From the IMG/VR virus record IMGVR_UViG_3300031565_000016, positions 3,905 to 67,904 of that record: 64,000 nt of DNA; one strand, 5' to 3'. The notes under the pieces were generated by a model. That model searched no databases. It was not told where the DNA came from and saw nothing but the letters and a program-made list of their open reading frames with translations. This DNA is from a virus. Both the position numbers and the translations under genes were made by a program. How positions within the stretch are numbered: the stretch's first letter is position 1; each line of letters opens with the position of its first letter. Of this stretch, positions 28,380 through 37,509 are shown piece by piece.

Positions 28380-29069
28380 TCATAAACACTCCTTATCACA
28401 GAAGACCTTACTCTCGCTATACATTAGCTCGTTAGTCTCTGGGTTTATTTTGTTCCATCTATATTCATGTAAACGGTCTTCATCAAAACAATATTGGCTC
28501 CATAAATCGGAAATACCTTCAGGAACTGTATCAACTAAAACAACTTCCTGCTGCTGATGGCACCAGTTCATTATCTGGAGCCTATCAGTCCATGGCTCGG
28601 TTGATGGTTGTGTAGCGCATTCGCAAGCCTCTTTAAAACAGTCGGAGCATACATTTATTGTTTTTGGTAGGTTGCGTTTTAGTTCGAGCTCATCAGTATT
28701 TCCACTTACAAAACACCAATCGTATATTACGTGTTCTGAACCTCTTGAAAGCGCTATACCAAAATTACCAACAAGTAATAGTTTTCCATAGATAAACCTA
28801 AACTCAATCCCCTCTTTTGGAACATGTATTCCTTTGTGTGGGTATAGTGGTGGGGCTTCTGCTAAGTCTACCCCAGAGAAGTCAACTTCAGTATGATTTC
28901 CACTTTGATTAAATAGTTTACTGTCAATTAAAAATGTGAATATATTCCCACTAGATTTAAAATCATCATTATCGTGTTGTTCATATTCACTGAAATTACG
29001 GTATTTAGTACCTTTAGGCAAAACCCATTCACCCTCGGCAAGTACATTTATTCGTTTGTTATTCATCAT
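28380..29069 (-). CDS. Hypothetical protein
   Basis: 229 aa with AGGTGG RBS. Confidence 0.55.
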   Translation of the reverse strand: MMNNKRINVLAEGEWVLPKGTKYRNFSEYEQHDNDDFKSSGNIFTFLIDSKLFNQSGNHTEVDFSGVDLAEAPPLYPHKGIHVPKEGIEFRFIYGKLLLVGNFGIALSRGSEHVIYDWCFVSGNTDELELKRNLPKTINVCSDCFKEACECATQPSTEPWTDRLQIMNWCHQQQEVVLVDTVPEGISDLWSQYCFDEDRLHEYRWNKINPETNELMYSESKVFCDKECL

Positions 29070-29161
29070 TCGCCACCTTTATAGTTCTTTTTCAACTTTC
29101 ACTTTTACTGTAAAGTTTAATAGTTTATCTACAAGCTCAATAGCTTCTTTTAGTTTATTGT

Positions 29162-29365
29162 TCATGATCGCCTCTTATCTATTCTCATTGCTGCAACTTC
29201 ATTTTTAAGAGTATCAAGGCTTTCAGCGTAGCAGAAAATCTCTCCTGCTTCGTAGCTTACGTAAATAAAACCAGAAGGATTACCTCTTTCTTTTTCGTAC
29301 TGCTCAATGTATCTGCATATTAATTTTCCAATCTTGTGCGCTATTTTTTTCAATTTATCACTCAT
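29162..29365 (-). CDS. Hypothetical protein
   Basis: 67 aa with AGGAG RBS. Confidence 0.5.
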   Translation of the reverse strand: MSDKLKKIAHKIGKLICRYIEQYEKERGNPSGFIYVSYEAGEIFCYAESLDTLKNEVAAMRIDKRRS

Positions 29366-30165
29366 TATTGCGCTCCTTTTGGTGGTTTAGGTTTATAGTT
29401 AACATCAGTCCACCACTCTTGCTTACACGCTTTACAGAGTCGGAAACCTTCACCTAGTAAATTTTTATTCACATACAATCTACACCCACATTCTGGGCAT
29501 TCTTTAGTTTCCACCCACTCAGAGCTTTTTAGTGTGGGTTCTGGGCGAGTATTAAGATGTGTCGAGCCTTCATCTCTATTCACATAACTGCACTCATTAC
29601 ACCAAATTTTAGCTCTTGGATGCCTAAAAGTATTTGTATTGGTACTTCCACAACTAAAGCACACTCTACTATTCAACTCTATTACTGCTTCATCTTCATC
29701 AAGTATTTTAACTTTACCATCGCTCGCTGTTTCGGTGGGTGTCACTGTCGCTCCTTCGCTTTGCTTGGTGGTTATGGTGGATATATGTGATATTATGTGA
29801 TCAACTATTTTAGCTGAGCAGTACTTAGAGTCTTGTCCTCTATATTCGCAACCATCAATAATTGCTTCAACTTCGCCTGCTAGAGGGTGCCAGTTTTTAT
29901 GATAGCTTAAGTGTTTCACCAACCCCACAGAGCTTTTTAGTGTCGCTAAAGCTTCTTTCCTACCAATAGCAATACCCTCTTGTAGTCCCTCGTGGTAGTC
30001 GCCTTTTGTGGGCTCGGGGCGAGTGTTCATTAGTGGCATTACGACTTCAATGAACTTATCTTTTGTCATCGCCATCTCATCATCACATATACTACTCATT
30101 GTATAGCAATCAAAATTATTTTCAAACAACTTCTCCAGTCGCTTCAATTCTGTTGTGTTACTCAT
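29365..30165 (-). CDS. Mosaic protein with two Zn-ribbon modules
   Basis: CFSC...CNEC and CPEC...CKAC; NTRPEPT and TLKSS each occur twice. Confidence 0.6.
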   Translation of the reverse strand: MSNTTELKRLEKLFENNFDCYTMSSICDDEMAMTKDKFIEVVMPLMNTRPEPTKGDYHEGLQEGIAIGRKEALATLKSSVGLVKHLSYHKNWHPLAGEVEAIIDGCEYRGQDSKYCSAKIVDHIISHISTITTKQSEGATVTPTETASDGKVKILDEDEAVIELNSRVCFSCGSTNTNTFRHPRAKIWCNECSYVNRDEGSTHLNTRPEPTLKSSEWVETKECPECGCRLYVNKNLLGEGFRLCKACKQEWWTDVNYKPKPPKGAQ

Positions 30166-30368
30166 TATAGACTCCTAGAATATTCTTCGGTTACTGCTTC
30201 AAGTGGCGTCATTCCTTCTGAAAGTTCAAAATATTCATCAAAATTAAAATCAGATGGATTCATTGTTATTCCTAACCTCTCTAACATAACTACGCAAAAT
30301 TCTTTAATCCACTGATCCCAATTGTCTTTTGTTAAATTCAATTCTGTTGTGTTCTTGTCTGTTTTCAT
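30165..30368 (-). CDS. Hypothetical protein
   Basis: 67 aa, starts MKTDKNTTEL. Confidence 0.55.
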   Translation of the reverse strand: MKTDKNTTELNLTKDNWDQWIKEFCVVMLERLGITMNPSDFNFDEYFELSEGMTPLEAVTEEYSRSL

Positions 30369-30489
30369 TTAGTGCCATCAGCCCTTTTTATATATGTATT
30401 ATAACAAGTTATAGAACAAAAGTCCCCATGTTTTGAAACAATTGCACCACTACTGCGTAATGTTCTATCTATTACTCGTTTATCCTTAT

Positions 30490-30531
30490 ATGGTAGGTGG
30501 TCAATTGCACATGGTAGGTGGTCAATTGCAC
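30490..30531. repeat. Perfect 21-bp tandem duplication
   Basis: ATGGTAGGTGGTCAATTGCAC x2. Confidence 0.9.
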
Positions 30532-30558
30532 ACCTACATTCATCACATACTATTTCAA

Positions 30559-30825
30559 TTATTTTGTAGCGTGGTATATAATACCTTTTGCTGGTTTTTC
30601 TATATATACAGGTAATGTTGGCATTACCTTATTAATTATGTAATATCCGTTACCTTCATCTTCACTATTTGAATTATATTCTGGGTTGCATGTGAAAAAT
30701 CCTCGTTCATGTAGTGATGGTGGTGCAAAATGGCTGCCTGGTTTTCCGCAGGCTATGCATGGGGTTCTGTCTTCATTTAATTTATTTACCCAAGGCAGCT
30801 TGCGCCCTTTATACCTTTTACTCAT
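30559..30825 (-). CDS. Hypothetical protein (CxxC...H...C)
   Basis: 88 aa with GGAG RBS. Confidence 0.5.
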   Translation of the reverse strand: MSKRYKGRKLPWVNKLNEDRTPCIACGKPGSHFAPPSLHERGFFTCNPEYNSNSEDEGNGYYIINKVMPTLPVYIEKPAKGIIYHATK

Positions 30826-31052
30826 AGTTTAATTCTCCAAGCTTTAATTAAGTGTTTTATGCAAATAGGTAATACACATGCACCTGGTAAAAATATACAC
30901 ACTATTGGGAAAATTAAACCTATTGGCCCATCTGTATTATAATCGTGTATTGCCCAAAATGGTGCTGCTGCCAAACCTATCAAATTTATGGTGGTATAAA
31001 ATAGTTCTTCAGTTACTTTTGAAGCTTTTAACCATAGTTTTTTGTTATACAT
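30822..31052 (-). CDS. Small membrane protein
   Basis: Two hydrophobic segments; start MYNKK after AAGGTG. Confidence 0.5.
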   Translation of the reverse strand: MYNKKLWLKASKVTEELFYTTINLIGLAAAPFWAIHDYNTDGPIGLIFPIVCIFLPGACVLPICIKHLIKAWRIKL

Positions 31053-31089
31053 AATACACCTTAAAAAGGCCATTTTCAGGCCAATATTA

Positions 31090-31563
31090 TTAATCTTTTT
31101 TGAATTTATCTTTTGGTTTTTGTGCTGTTGTTTCAGTTGTTTCCGTTGGGTATGGCTCTAATGTGCCCACCATTACCCCAGTCCAATCATTTGCATCTAC
31201 ATCCTGCTCAATTGGTAATAGATATACATTTATTATTTTTACCATGTTGTCAACTTCATATTCTGTTGTAATACGTGGTGAATATGGGCCTTCTGTTATT
31301 GAGCGCTCTTCAAATAAATCTGGTTCTTTTATTATAAAATCAGCATACAAGGCATCTTTTTCAATTACAAAATTATGTGCCCTGCCTATGTGGTCAGATT
31401 TTGGTATTTTGTCAAAAGGGAATATATTATCTGCACTGTACACAAGTGGTACATTTATTTGATTTTGTAAGTGCACTTCAAATTCTGATTTTTCATGCCT
31501 TACAGCATTATTAGGGTTTATTTTGCCCAATATTGCCACTTTTACTTTTTTGATTTGTTTCAT
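31090..31563 (-). CDS. Hypothetical protein
   Basis: 157 aa with GGAG RBS. Confidence 0.55.
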   Translation of the reverse strand: MKQIKKVKVAILGKINPNNAVRHEKSEFEVHLQNQINVPLVYSADNIFPFDKIPKSDHIGRAHNFVIEKDALYADFIIKEPDLFEERSITEGPYSPRITTEYEVDNMVKIINVYLLPIEQDVDANDWTGVMVGTLEPYPTETTETTAQKPKDKFKKD

Positions 31564-31575
31564 TATTTACTCCGT

Positions 31576-32109
31576 TTATGTTATTTGTTTGATTAAACGT
31601 TTAATATTTTTGTATGTGTCGCTTTTTGATACACCATGGAATATGGGGTATAAGGCAACCCTGCCCCAATCTACACAACTATGCACACCTGTTGACACAG
31701 ATTCTACTGGCAACCATGATAATTGCTCATTTAGCAGTAACAAGTATATTACACAGCGTATTGGGGCTTTTGTTTGTACACTTCTTATTAAAGGTAATAT
31801 ATCACCTTTTTCGCAGGTAACATCCATTACTATAGACGTGTGGTACACTTCCCCACTTCCCAATCTGTGGCCTATACATTCTGTTTGTATTTTTGCGTTG
31901 TTGTCAATTGATATTTGTACGTTGTTGTCAATTTGCCCCAAAATATCAATGCCTTTACTTTTTGCCCATTCCCGCACAGAAACTAAAATATACCTTGTTG
32001 GGTTGTCAGAGTTTTCAATGTGGCATTGGATGTTTTGTAATAAACCCTCTCTTCTGCCCCATTCTTCTATTGGTTCAAGTTCTTTTTTCATTTTGTTATT
32101 CCTTGTCAA
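31576..32109 (-). CDS. Hypothetical protein
   Basis: 177 aa ORF. Confidence 0.5.
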   Translation of the reverse strand: MTRNNKMKKELEPIEEWGRREGLLQNIQCHIENSDNPTRYILVSVREWAKSKGIDILGQIDNNVQISIDNNAKIQTECIGHRLGSGEVYHTSIVMDVTCEKGDILPLIRSVQTKAPIRCVIYLLLLNEQLSWLPVESVSTGVHSCVDWGRVALYPIFHGVSKSDTYKNIKRLIKQIT

Positions 32110-32305
32110 ATGGTTCTACTTGGTTCCCATTGTTATCTAAAACTTCCCACCTACATTTGTAATTTTTTATTGGGTTATATGAATTAATATAGGAGCCATC
32201 TCGGGCACTGAGATTAAAAAGCAGCATACCTATTGTCTCCTTTAGTGCTTTTATTAAGCCTTCTTTACTATCAGCTTTTGCCCATAATTTTAATTCGTAT
32301 TTCAT
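32096..32305 (-). CDS. Hypothetical protein
   Basis: 69 aa, coupled. Confidence 0.5.
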   Translation of the reverse strand: MKYELKLWAKADSKEGLIKALKETIGMLLFNLSARDGSYINSYNPIKNYKCRWEVLDNNGNQVEPFDKE

Positions 32306-32821
32306 TTAGCAACCCCTAGCAACCCCTATATCTGCAATTTTTTGTTTCAATCCCCAAATTCGCATCGCACCAAGGTGTGCCAACTTTAGTTGTTCCTCTG
32401 TTGTTACTTTTCTTGCCGTTTTCAATGGGGTACACGCCTTTAAAACCCTGCACTGCATGTCACGTGTTACAATTATAATTCCAGCCCTGTCGGGTACATT
32501 ATCAAGGGCAAAGTCTAATAGTTCCACAGGTACTGCAAAGTAAAAGTTCTTTATGCGGTCTAATTTATCTATGTGCTGGTGTTGTTTTCTACCGTCTGCA
32601 ATAAAGTCACTTTTACTTATTTTTATTTCAACTTCAGTGCAATACCCAGCTTCATTCACCATCAATAAATCACACTCATGTATCCCCCAACCAAACCCAA
32701 CACAAGGCACAACAATGTTTCGCACAAATTTTAAACATTTTGCAACTGCTATTTCCATTTGTAATGTTGTAAGGGCTGGCAATTCAGCCCTTTTTTGGCA
32801 CCTATTGCCGACAACACCCAT
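32306..32821 (-). CDS. PD-(D/E)XK nuclease-like protein (MmcB-like)
   Basis: HECDLL...EVEIKISKSDF-x-x-D...FYFAVP...AGII. Confidence 0.72.
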   Translation of the reverse strand: MGVVGNRCQKRAELPALTTLQMEIAVAKCLKFVRNIVVPCVGFGWGIHECDLLMVNEAGYCTEVEIKISKSDFIADGRKQHQHIDKLDRIKNFYFAVPVELLDFALDNVPDRAGIIIVTRDMQCRVLKACTPLKTARKVTTEEQLKLAHLGAMRIWGLKQKIADIGVARGC

Positions 32822-33138
32822 TATTCACCCAACTTGTATATAGATAGTATAGGGTATGATTTAAAACATTTCTGCTTTGTTTTAAATGGGAAGCTTTTCA
32901 GATTGTCCACACGCTTTTTCCTGCCGTAACACCTGTGTTGCATTGGGCCTGAATAATGGTAATAATGTTTACAAAATAGGCAGCAGCCATTCGCCCCATT
33001 AAGGAATTTGCTTCTGTTTTTGTAATACTGGTCTATACTTATCGGCAATGTGCCAGCCCCATTAGAAAATATACCCCTTACCATTAATAAAACCATAGGC
33101 AAAATCAAGGCAAAAACAATAATATTAATCATAATCAA
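32821..33138 (-). CDS. Membrane-anchored Cys-rich protein
   Basis: N-terminal TM segment; CCLFCKH...C...C. Confidence 0.5.
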   Translation of the reverse strand: MIMINIIVFALILPMVLLMVRGIFSNGAGTLPISIDQYYKNRSKFLNGANGCCLFCKHYYHYSGPMQHRCYGRKKRVDNLKSFPFKTKQKCFKSYPILSIYKLGE

Positions 33139-33493
33139 CCCCTTTAACCCCTAAACCAAAGGGGTGTTTGAGGGCATTTACCTGCTTTTCTATGAGATCC
33201 AAAGTTTCAATTTTTTCCTTTTTAACACCTGCCCTGTCTTTTTCTATCTGCACAGCCCTGTTTATGGCAGGGATGCACTCTAGTAAATCATTATCTGTTG
33301 TACCTTTGCCCCGTATGCCAGCACATAATAACTTTTTAATTGCATGTTGTGCCCCAGCATTTGTTACATTAAAAGCTTCTATTACCGCATACACATCAAC
33401 CCCAGTCAATTTTACACCCTCTGTATTTCTGATAGTACGTAGGTACTTATTACCAGAATTTAACCCTTTTTCTATTTTTGGCGTTTCTTGCAT
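33125..33493 (-). CDS. Conserved phage protein, DUF3310 / T7 gp1.7-like
   Basis: VDVY-x-V-x-x-AFNVT...QHAIKKLLCAG-x-RG-K...DL motif; family assignment from recall. Confidence 0.5.
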   Translation of the reverse strand: MQETPKIEKGLNSGNKYLRTIRNTEGVKLTGVDVYAVIEAFNVTNAGAQHAIKKLLCAGIRGKGTTDNDLLECIPAINRAVQIEKDRAGVKKEKIETLDLIEKQVNALKHPFGLGVKGVDYD

Positions 33494-33512
33494 TTCGTTG
33501 CCCCTTTTATTG

Positions 33513-34361
33513 TTATTTGCCTGATGTTATTTGTGCCAGAAGTTCCATGCCCTCTTTGGCTTTTTGTTGTGTTGTGTTTATATTATTTTGTGTAAAATTA
33601 ACTGACATGTTACTTTCATGCCACATACCTGCAATTTTGCCCATTATTTCAATTGCCTTTAATTTATCCGGCAACTTTATTTCGTGGCTTTCAGCTGTGG
33701 AATATAAAGGCTTTCCATCACAGCTTTCACCACTTTGGTACAAGGTTGTCTTTTTCTTCATTGCTTGCAGCAAGCTTCTCATTTCTTCTGGTACTTCTTC
33801 CATTGGCAATAAATTACCTGCCTCATCTGTATAGTCGTATAAGTCAGCTGTTATAACATTATGCAAAAAATCAATACATGTAGGCAATATATCACTTTCA
33901 AATGTTTTTATTTGTAATAAATTAAGTTGCCTAACTGCTTCAATTATATGGGGGCGTCTTAACATGTTTTGTGCTTTTCCCCACGCATTTTTGTGTGATT
34001 TACAATTTCCGTAGGCTGCTGAAGCACTTTTCACTTTATTGCGTGTCCTTACATATAGCATTACAAATTCACGGTCGGCTTTATCAACAAGTTGGTCAAC
34101 ATAAAGGCTATCAGGTATTGTATCAATTTCAAATTGTGTTAGTATTTCTGTAGATGCCAGCCTGTTCTCCATTTGTGCATGTAGTTCTGGTTTTGTTGCT
34201 TTTTTTGCTTTTTGCTTTTTGATTGTGTTTAGTGGTATTTTCCCCCATTGCCAAAGGGTCTTTGTCGTGACCCCGTATTTTTTAGCAATTTCAACTTTAG
34301 AAAGTGCCCCAAGGCTGATTTCTTCTAGTGCTTGTAATTTCCTGTCTTCCGAATGTGACAT
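33513..34361 (-). CDS. terS: Terminase small subunit with N-terminal HTH
   Basis: IAKKYGVTTKTLWQW HTH; REFV-x-x-Y...SA-x-AAY...ML-x-RPHI; EIKLPDKLKAIE-x-MGK-x-x-GMW. Confidence 0.85.
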   Translation of the reverse strand: MSHSEDRKLQALEEISLGALSKVEIAKKYGVTTKTLWQWGKIPLNTIKKQKAKKATKPELHAQMENRLASTEILTQFEIDTIPDSLYVDQLVDKADREFVMLYVRTRNKVKSASAAYGNCKSHKNAWGKAQNMLRRPHIIEAVRQLNLLQIKTFESDILPTCIDFLHNVITADLYDYTDEAGNLLPMEEVPEEMRSLLQAMKKKTTLYQSGESCDGKPLYSTAESHEIKLPDKLKAIEIMGKIAGMWHESNMSVNFTQNNINTTQQKAKEGMELLAQITSGK

Positions 34362-34520
34362 GAGCTAGTTCCGTAGGTAATAGGCATTACTTTTAATATA
34401 CAACATTTTTGTAAAAAGGTAATACATAGGTGGGAAAAAGGTAACACTTGGCGCATTTTGTAATGGAAATACTAACAAAAACACCCCCATATTTAGGCTA
34501 AAAAACGGCATTTTTATTTC

Positions 34521-34676
34521 TTAACTTCCATTATTTCGTGCTGCTGCTGCATTACAATCTTTGTTAAATCTTACGTTTCTTCTTATTTTTCTCTCTTCAC
34601 CTGAGCGCTCTTTGAATGGCTTTTGTTTGCTTACCATTCTATTGGTTGCTTTTATAATTTTATCACTATTTTTCAT
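34521..34676 (-). CDS. Small basic peptide (51 aa; not in ORF track)
   Basis: MKNSDKIIKATNRMVSKQKPFKERSGEERKIRRNVRF...; AAGGA RBS. Confidence 0.45.
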   Translation of the reverse strand: MKNSDKIIKATNRMVSKQKPFKERSGEERKIRRNVRFNKDCNAAAARNNGS

Positions 34677-34692
34677 TATGTTTTTATCCTTT

Positions 34693-34980
34693 TTAGATTA
34701 CTCTAATAACTGAAATATCAACGTAGTAACCTCTGTTTTCATCTAACTTAGTAACTTCATGTGCAGTTACATGTTGTTTGTAAATTTTTGTGTCGCCTGC
34801 TATTCTGTATATGATAGTATATTTTTCTAATTCCTTTGCTTCATACCAATCCCTAAAACTTTTGGCCTGGGTGCTGGTGCACCAATCTTGTGCAACATCT
34901 TCTGCTGTCCTATTTGTGAGGCTTGCAACTTGTTTAAATATTTCTATTTGCAGCTGGTTGATTGTTACTTTGTTTATCAT
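34693..34980 (-). CDS. Hypothetical early protein
   Basis: First gene after a class-1 promoter. Confidence 0.55.
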   Translation of the reverse strand: MINKVTINQLQIEIFKQVASLTNRTAEDVAQDWCTSTQAKSFRDWYEAKELEKYTIIYRIAGDTKIYKQHVTAHEVTKLDENRGYYVDISVIRVI

Positions 34981-35058
34981 TTCGGGTGCCTCTTTGTTGT
35001 ATCCCCTTACTTATAATATATATTAATTATGCAAATAAACCTAACACTTTTTAAAATA
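34981..35058 (-). promoter_or_regulatory. Early-type promoter and leader, diverged third copy of the 96-bp module
   Basis: TTTTAAAAAGT-GT-TAGGTT-N17-TATATTATAAGTAAGGG...GAGGCACC. Confidence 0.7.
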
Positions 35059-35068
35059 TAATAACTTT

Positions 35069-36496
35069 TTATTTATATAACTCGTTTCTTCCTATGTTTG
35101 TGTCATTCAAAAACCTACTGTCAACGTGCCACATACCCAAGCTTAATGCATGCAGCACAATTGCTTCACCACCTTCAACACTGCCGTCATCCCTCTCAAC
35201 CCCCTCAAACAGCCCAACACGTGCATAGCATTGCTTTTTTTCCTCTTCCCCCATGGATAGGTATATCATTTTACCAACATGTGCCAACTTTTTAAACGTT
35301 CCACCTAGTGCTTTTATTTTAATTTTTTTGCCACCATAACTATCCCTATTTCCATGTGTTGGTGCAAAAATACAGGTGTGTGTTGTCTGCGCCCATCCTG
35401 CAATATCTATCCATGTTTGCTCTTCATCTTTGTTTTCATTTCCATAATTACCCTGTGCCTGGTGCCTCATTACATCTGGGTTATCAATTACAATTAAATC
35501 AGGTATAAACCCCATTTCTTTTTCTAGTTGTTCTTTTTTACTTTTCAGCATCTGCATGGTGGCAGACCCGCGCGCAAATGTTGCAACTTTGATTTTGCCA
35601 CGTTTCTGCAATTTTAATGATTGGGCACGCTTTTTTATTTTATCTGGTTCAATAATAAGGTCGGAACTTTTTGATAGTATTTCATCATAATATATGTCAC
35701 CATCATCACCAAAGTGCGGTAATTTGCATTTTACATCAGCTTCTTTTGGCATTGCATTCAAATTTTGCCAAATACGTCTACCAAACTGCTCTTTTGTAAC
35801 TTCGAGATTGAAGTATAAAACATTTAAACCAGCGTCAAGTGCCACACTTTCAATAAAAATAGACATCCATGTTTTGCCTGCTTTCTGGGGTGCTACCATG
35901 CCAACAACATCACCACGTAGAAACCAACCAAGCACTGAGCCCAATGCACCAGGCAGCCTGAATAATCTTTCTTCTTCTATATTAAAAAATTGTGCTGTTT
36001 GTTCGTGGTCTGTGAATGGGTCGTATACATCACATTCTGTCTTTTCAACCCGTGTGAATTTTTGTAATAATTCTAGGGCATATTTTACATCTTTTGTTCT
36101 ATTTGCAATTTTTAAACTTTTTTCAAGTTCTTCTAATGCACGCCAATTGAAATATTTTATAATGTTTTCTGTGTTGTGCCCTACATTATTTATTTTATAT
36201 TTTTCTTCGTCCCCTGAAAGGCTTTCCAATATTTTTTGTATATTATTTGCAACGTCTTCATCTATGGTGTCTTTATATTTAACAAAAATACTGGTGGTGT
36301 CTGCCCCTGGTGCACAACCTGTCACATCATAGTACTCTAATAACCACCTCAAAATCTGTTCTGTATACTTATTGCTCATTAATTCTGGTTTTAAAACACT
36401 CCTGCATGCACTTAATAAATTTTCATTAGTAAGTAATTGGTACAAATAAAGGCGTTCCTCATCATAATTATGGCCTGTGTCGCGTTCTATTTTCAA
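35069..36496 (-). CDS. dnaB: Replicative DnaB-like (SF4) helicase
   Basis: APQKAGKT Walker A, LYFNLE, PDLIVID Walker B; N-terminal helical domain. Confidence 0.82.
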   Translation of the reverse strand: MKIERDTGHNYDEERLYLYQLLTNENLLSACRSVLKPELMSNKYTEQILRWLLEYYDVTGCAPGADTTSIFVKYKDTIDEDVANNIQKILESLSGDEEKYKINNVGHNTENIIKYFNWRALEELEKSLKIANRTKDVKYALELLQKFTRVEKTECDVYDPFTDHEQTAQFFNIEEERLFRLPGALGSVLGWFLRGDVVGMVAPQKAGKTWMSIFIESVALDAGLNVLYFNLEVTKEQFGRRIWQNLNAMPKEADVKCKLPHFGDDGDIYYDEILSKSSDLIIEPDKIKKRAQSLKLQKRGKIKVATFARGSATMQMLKSKKEQLEKEMGFIPDLIVIDNPDVMRHQAQGNYGNENKDEEQTWIDIAGWAQTTHTCIFAPTHGNRDSYGGKKIKIKALGGTFKKLAHVGKMIYLSMGEEEKKQCYARVGLFEGVERDDGSVEGGEAIVLHALSLGMWHVDSRFLNDTNIGRNELYK

Positions 36497-37509
36497 AATA
36501 ACCCCAAAGCATGCGCATATTTTTTTTGTTTATTTTCATCATGTATTCTGCGTAAAATATGTGCAATTACATCCACTGTCCATCCGTTTCCTATCATTTT
36601 GTAACGCTGGGTGTTACTTACACCTGCTGTGTAATTATCTGGCAGTGTTTGTAAACGCTCACATTCCAATACTGTCAATTTCCTTACATGCAAATTATCA
36701 ACTGAGTCCCACTCGTGTCTGTCGTAACTTTTATGCCCACTACTTCTCACACATTTAGATTTTTCCCTAATAGCATGGCCAACTAAAAGACCCCATTTAT
36801 CTCTGGTAACCATACTCTTTGCGTTTTCCTTATATATGGTAGCCAATAGTGTTTGTGATTTATTTTTGAATACAATTTGCCTCCTGCTTTTTTCTAAGTA
36901 GTTCCGCAGGTTGCCACCTTTCCAGTAGTTTGCATCTATGCAGTATGATTTATCCCTATCCACTACACCTTCCTCTAATATATCACAAAGTAGTATATTC
37001 TTATCTTCTGGCTGCACAACATTATTAATGTTTGTCCAGTAATATCTATTCCTGTTTTGTGCAGATACTAGGGCTGAATTAATTAAGATAGGCTGTACAT
37101 TAAAAAGGTCATCACTTATGTATTTCATAAACTCTTTCTTCATTTTAACATTTTCAAATAAGAATTTCATGTTTGGATTTTTAGATTTTATCCCTTGCCA
37201 TATGGCTATCAAGTCGTGTACTAATGCCCCTCGTGGATCAATGTCACCAGCCTGTTTCCCAGCAATACTCCAGGCCTGACACGGGAACCCAGCTAATAAT
37301 AGGTCGATACTTGAAAAATCTATGTCCCACTCTCTCCATTTAGTTACATCACCTAGTCTTATTATATCTGGGTAGTTATTACATGACACGGCTGTTGCAT
37401 ACTTATCAATCTCTGATGCATAGTAAGTACCTACTGGTATGCCCGCTCTCTCTAAAGCTACCATTCCACAACTCATGCCGTCAAATAAACTTAATACATT
37501 AGTTTTCAA
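36493..37509 (-). CDS. C5 DNA cytosine methyltransferase (orphan)
   Basis: LSLFDG (I), GFPCQ (IV), ENV (VI), QNRNR (VIII), RLQTLPD...GNGW (IX-X). Confidence 0.93.
   Translation of the reverse strand: MKTNVLSLFDGMSCGMVALERAGIPVGTYYASEIDKYATAVSCNNYPDIIRLGDVTKWREWDIDFSSIDLLLAGFPCQAWSIAGKQAGDIDPRGALVHDLIAIWQGIKSKNPNMKFLFENVKMKKEFMKYISDDLFNVQPILINSALVSAQNRNRYYWTNINNVVQPEDKNILLCDILEEGVVDRDKSYCIDANYWKGGNLRNYLEKSRRQIVFKNKSQTLLATIYKENAKSMVTRDKWGLLVGHAIREKSKCVRSSGHKSYDRHEWDSVDNLHVRKLTVLECERLQTLPDNYTAGVSNTQRYKMIGNGWTVDVIAHILRRIHDENKQKKYAHALGLF

Noticed and set aside
31090-31563. Second, T4 gp21-like prohead protease
   Set aside because: Only a vague pattern resemblance; catalytic residues are not identifiable and a DUF2213 protease is already present.
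36493-37509. Restriction-modification system
   Set aside because: The methyltransferase is flanked by two helicases with no adjacent endonuclease, so it is treated as an orphan protective MTase.
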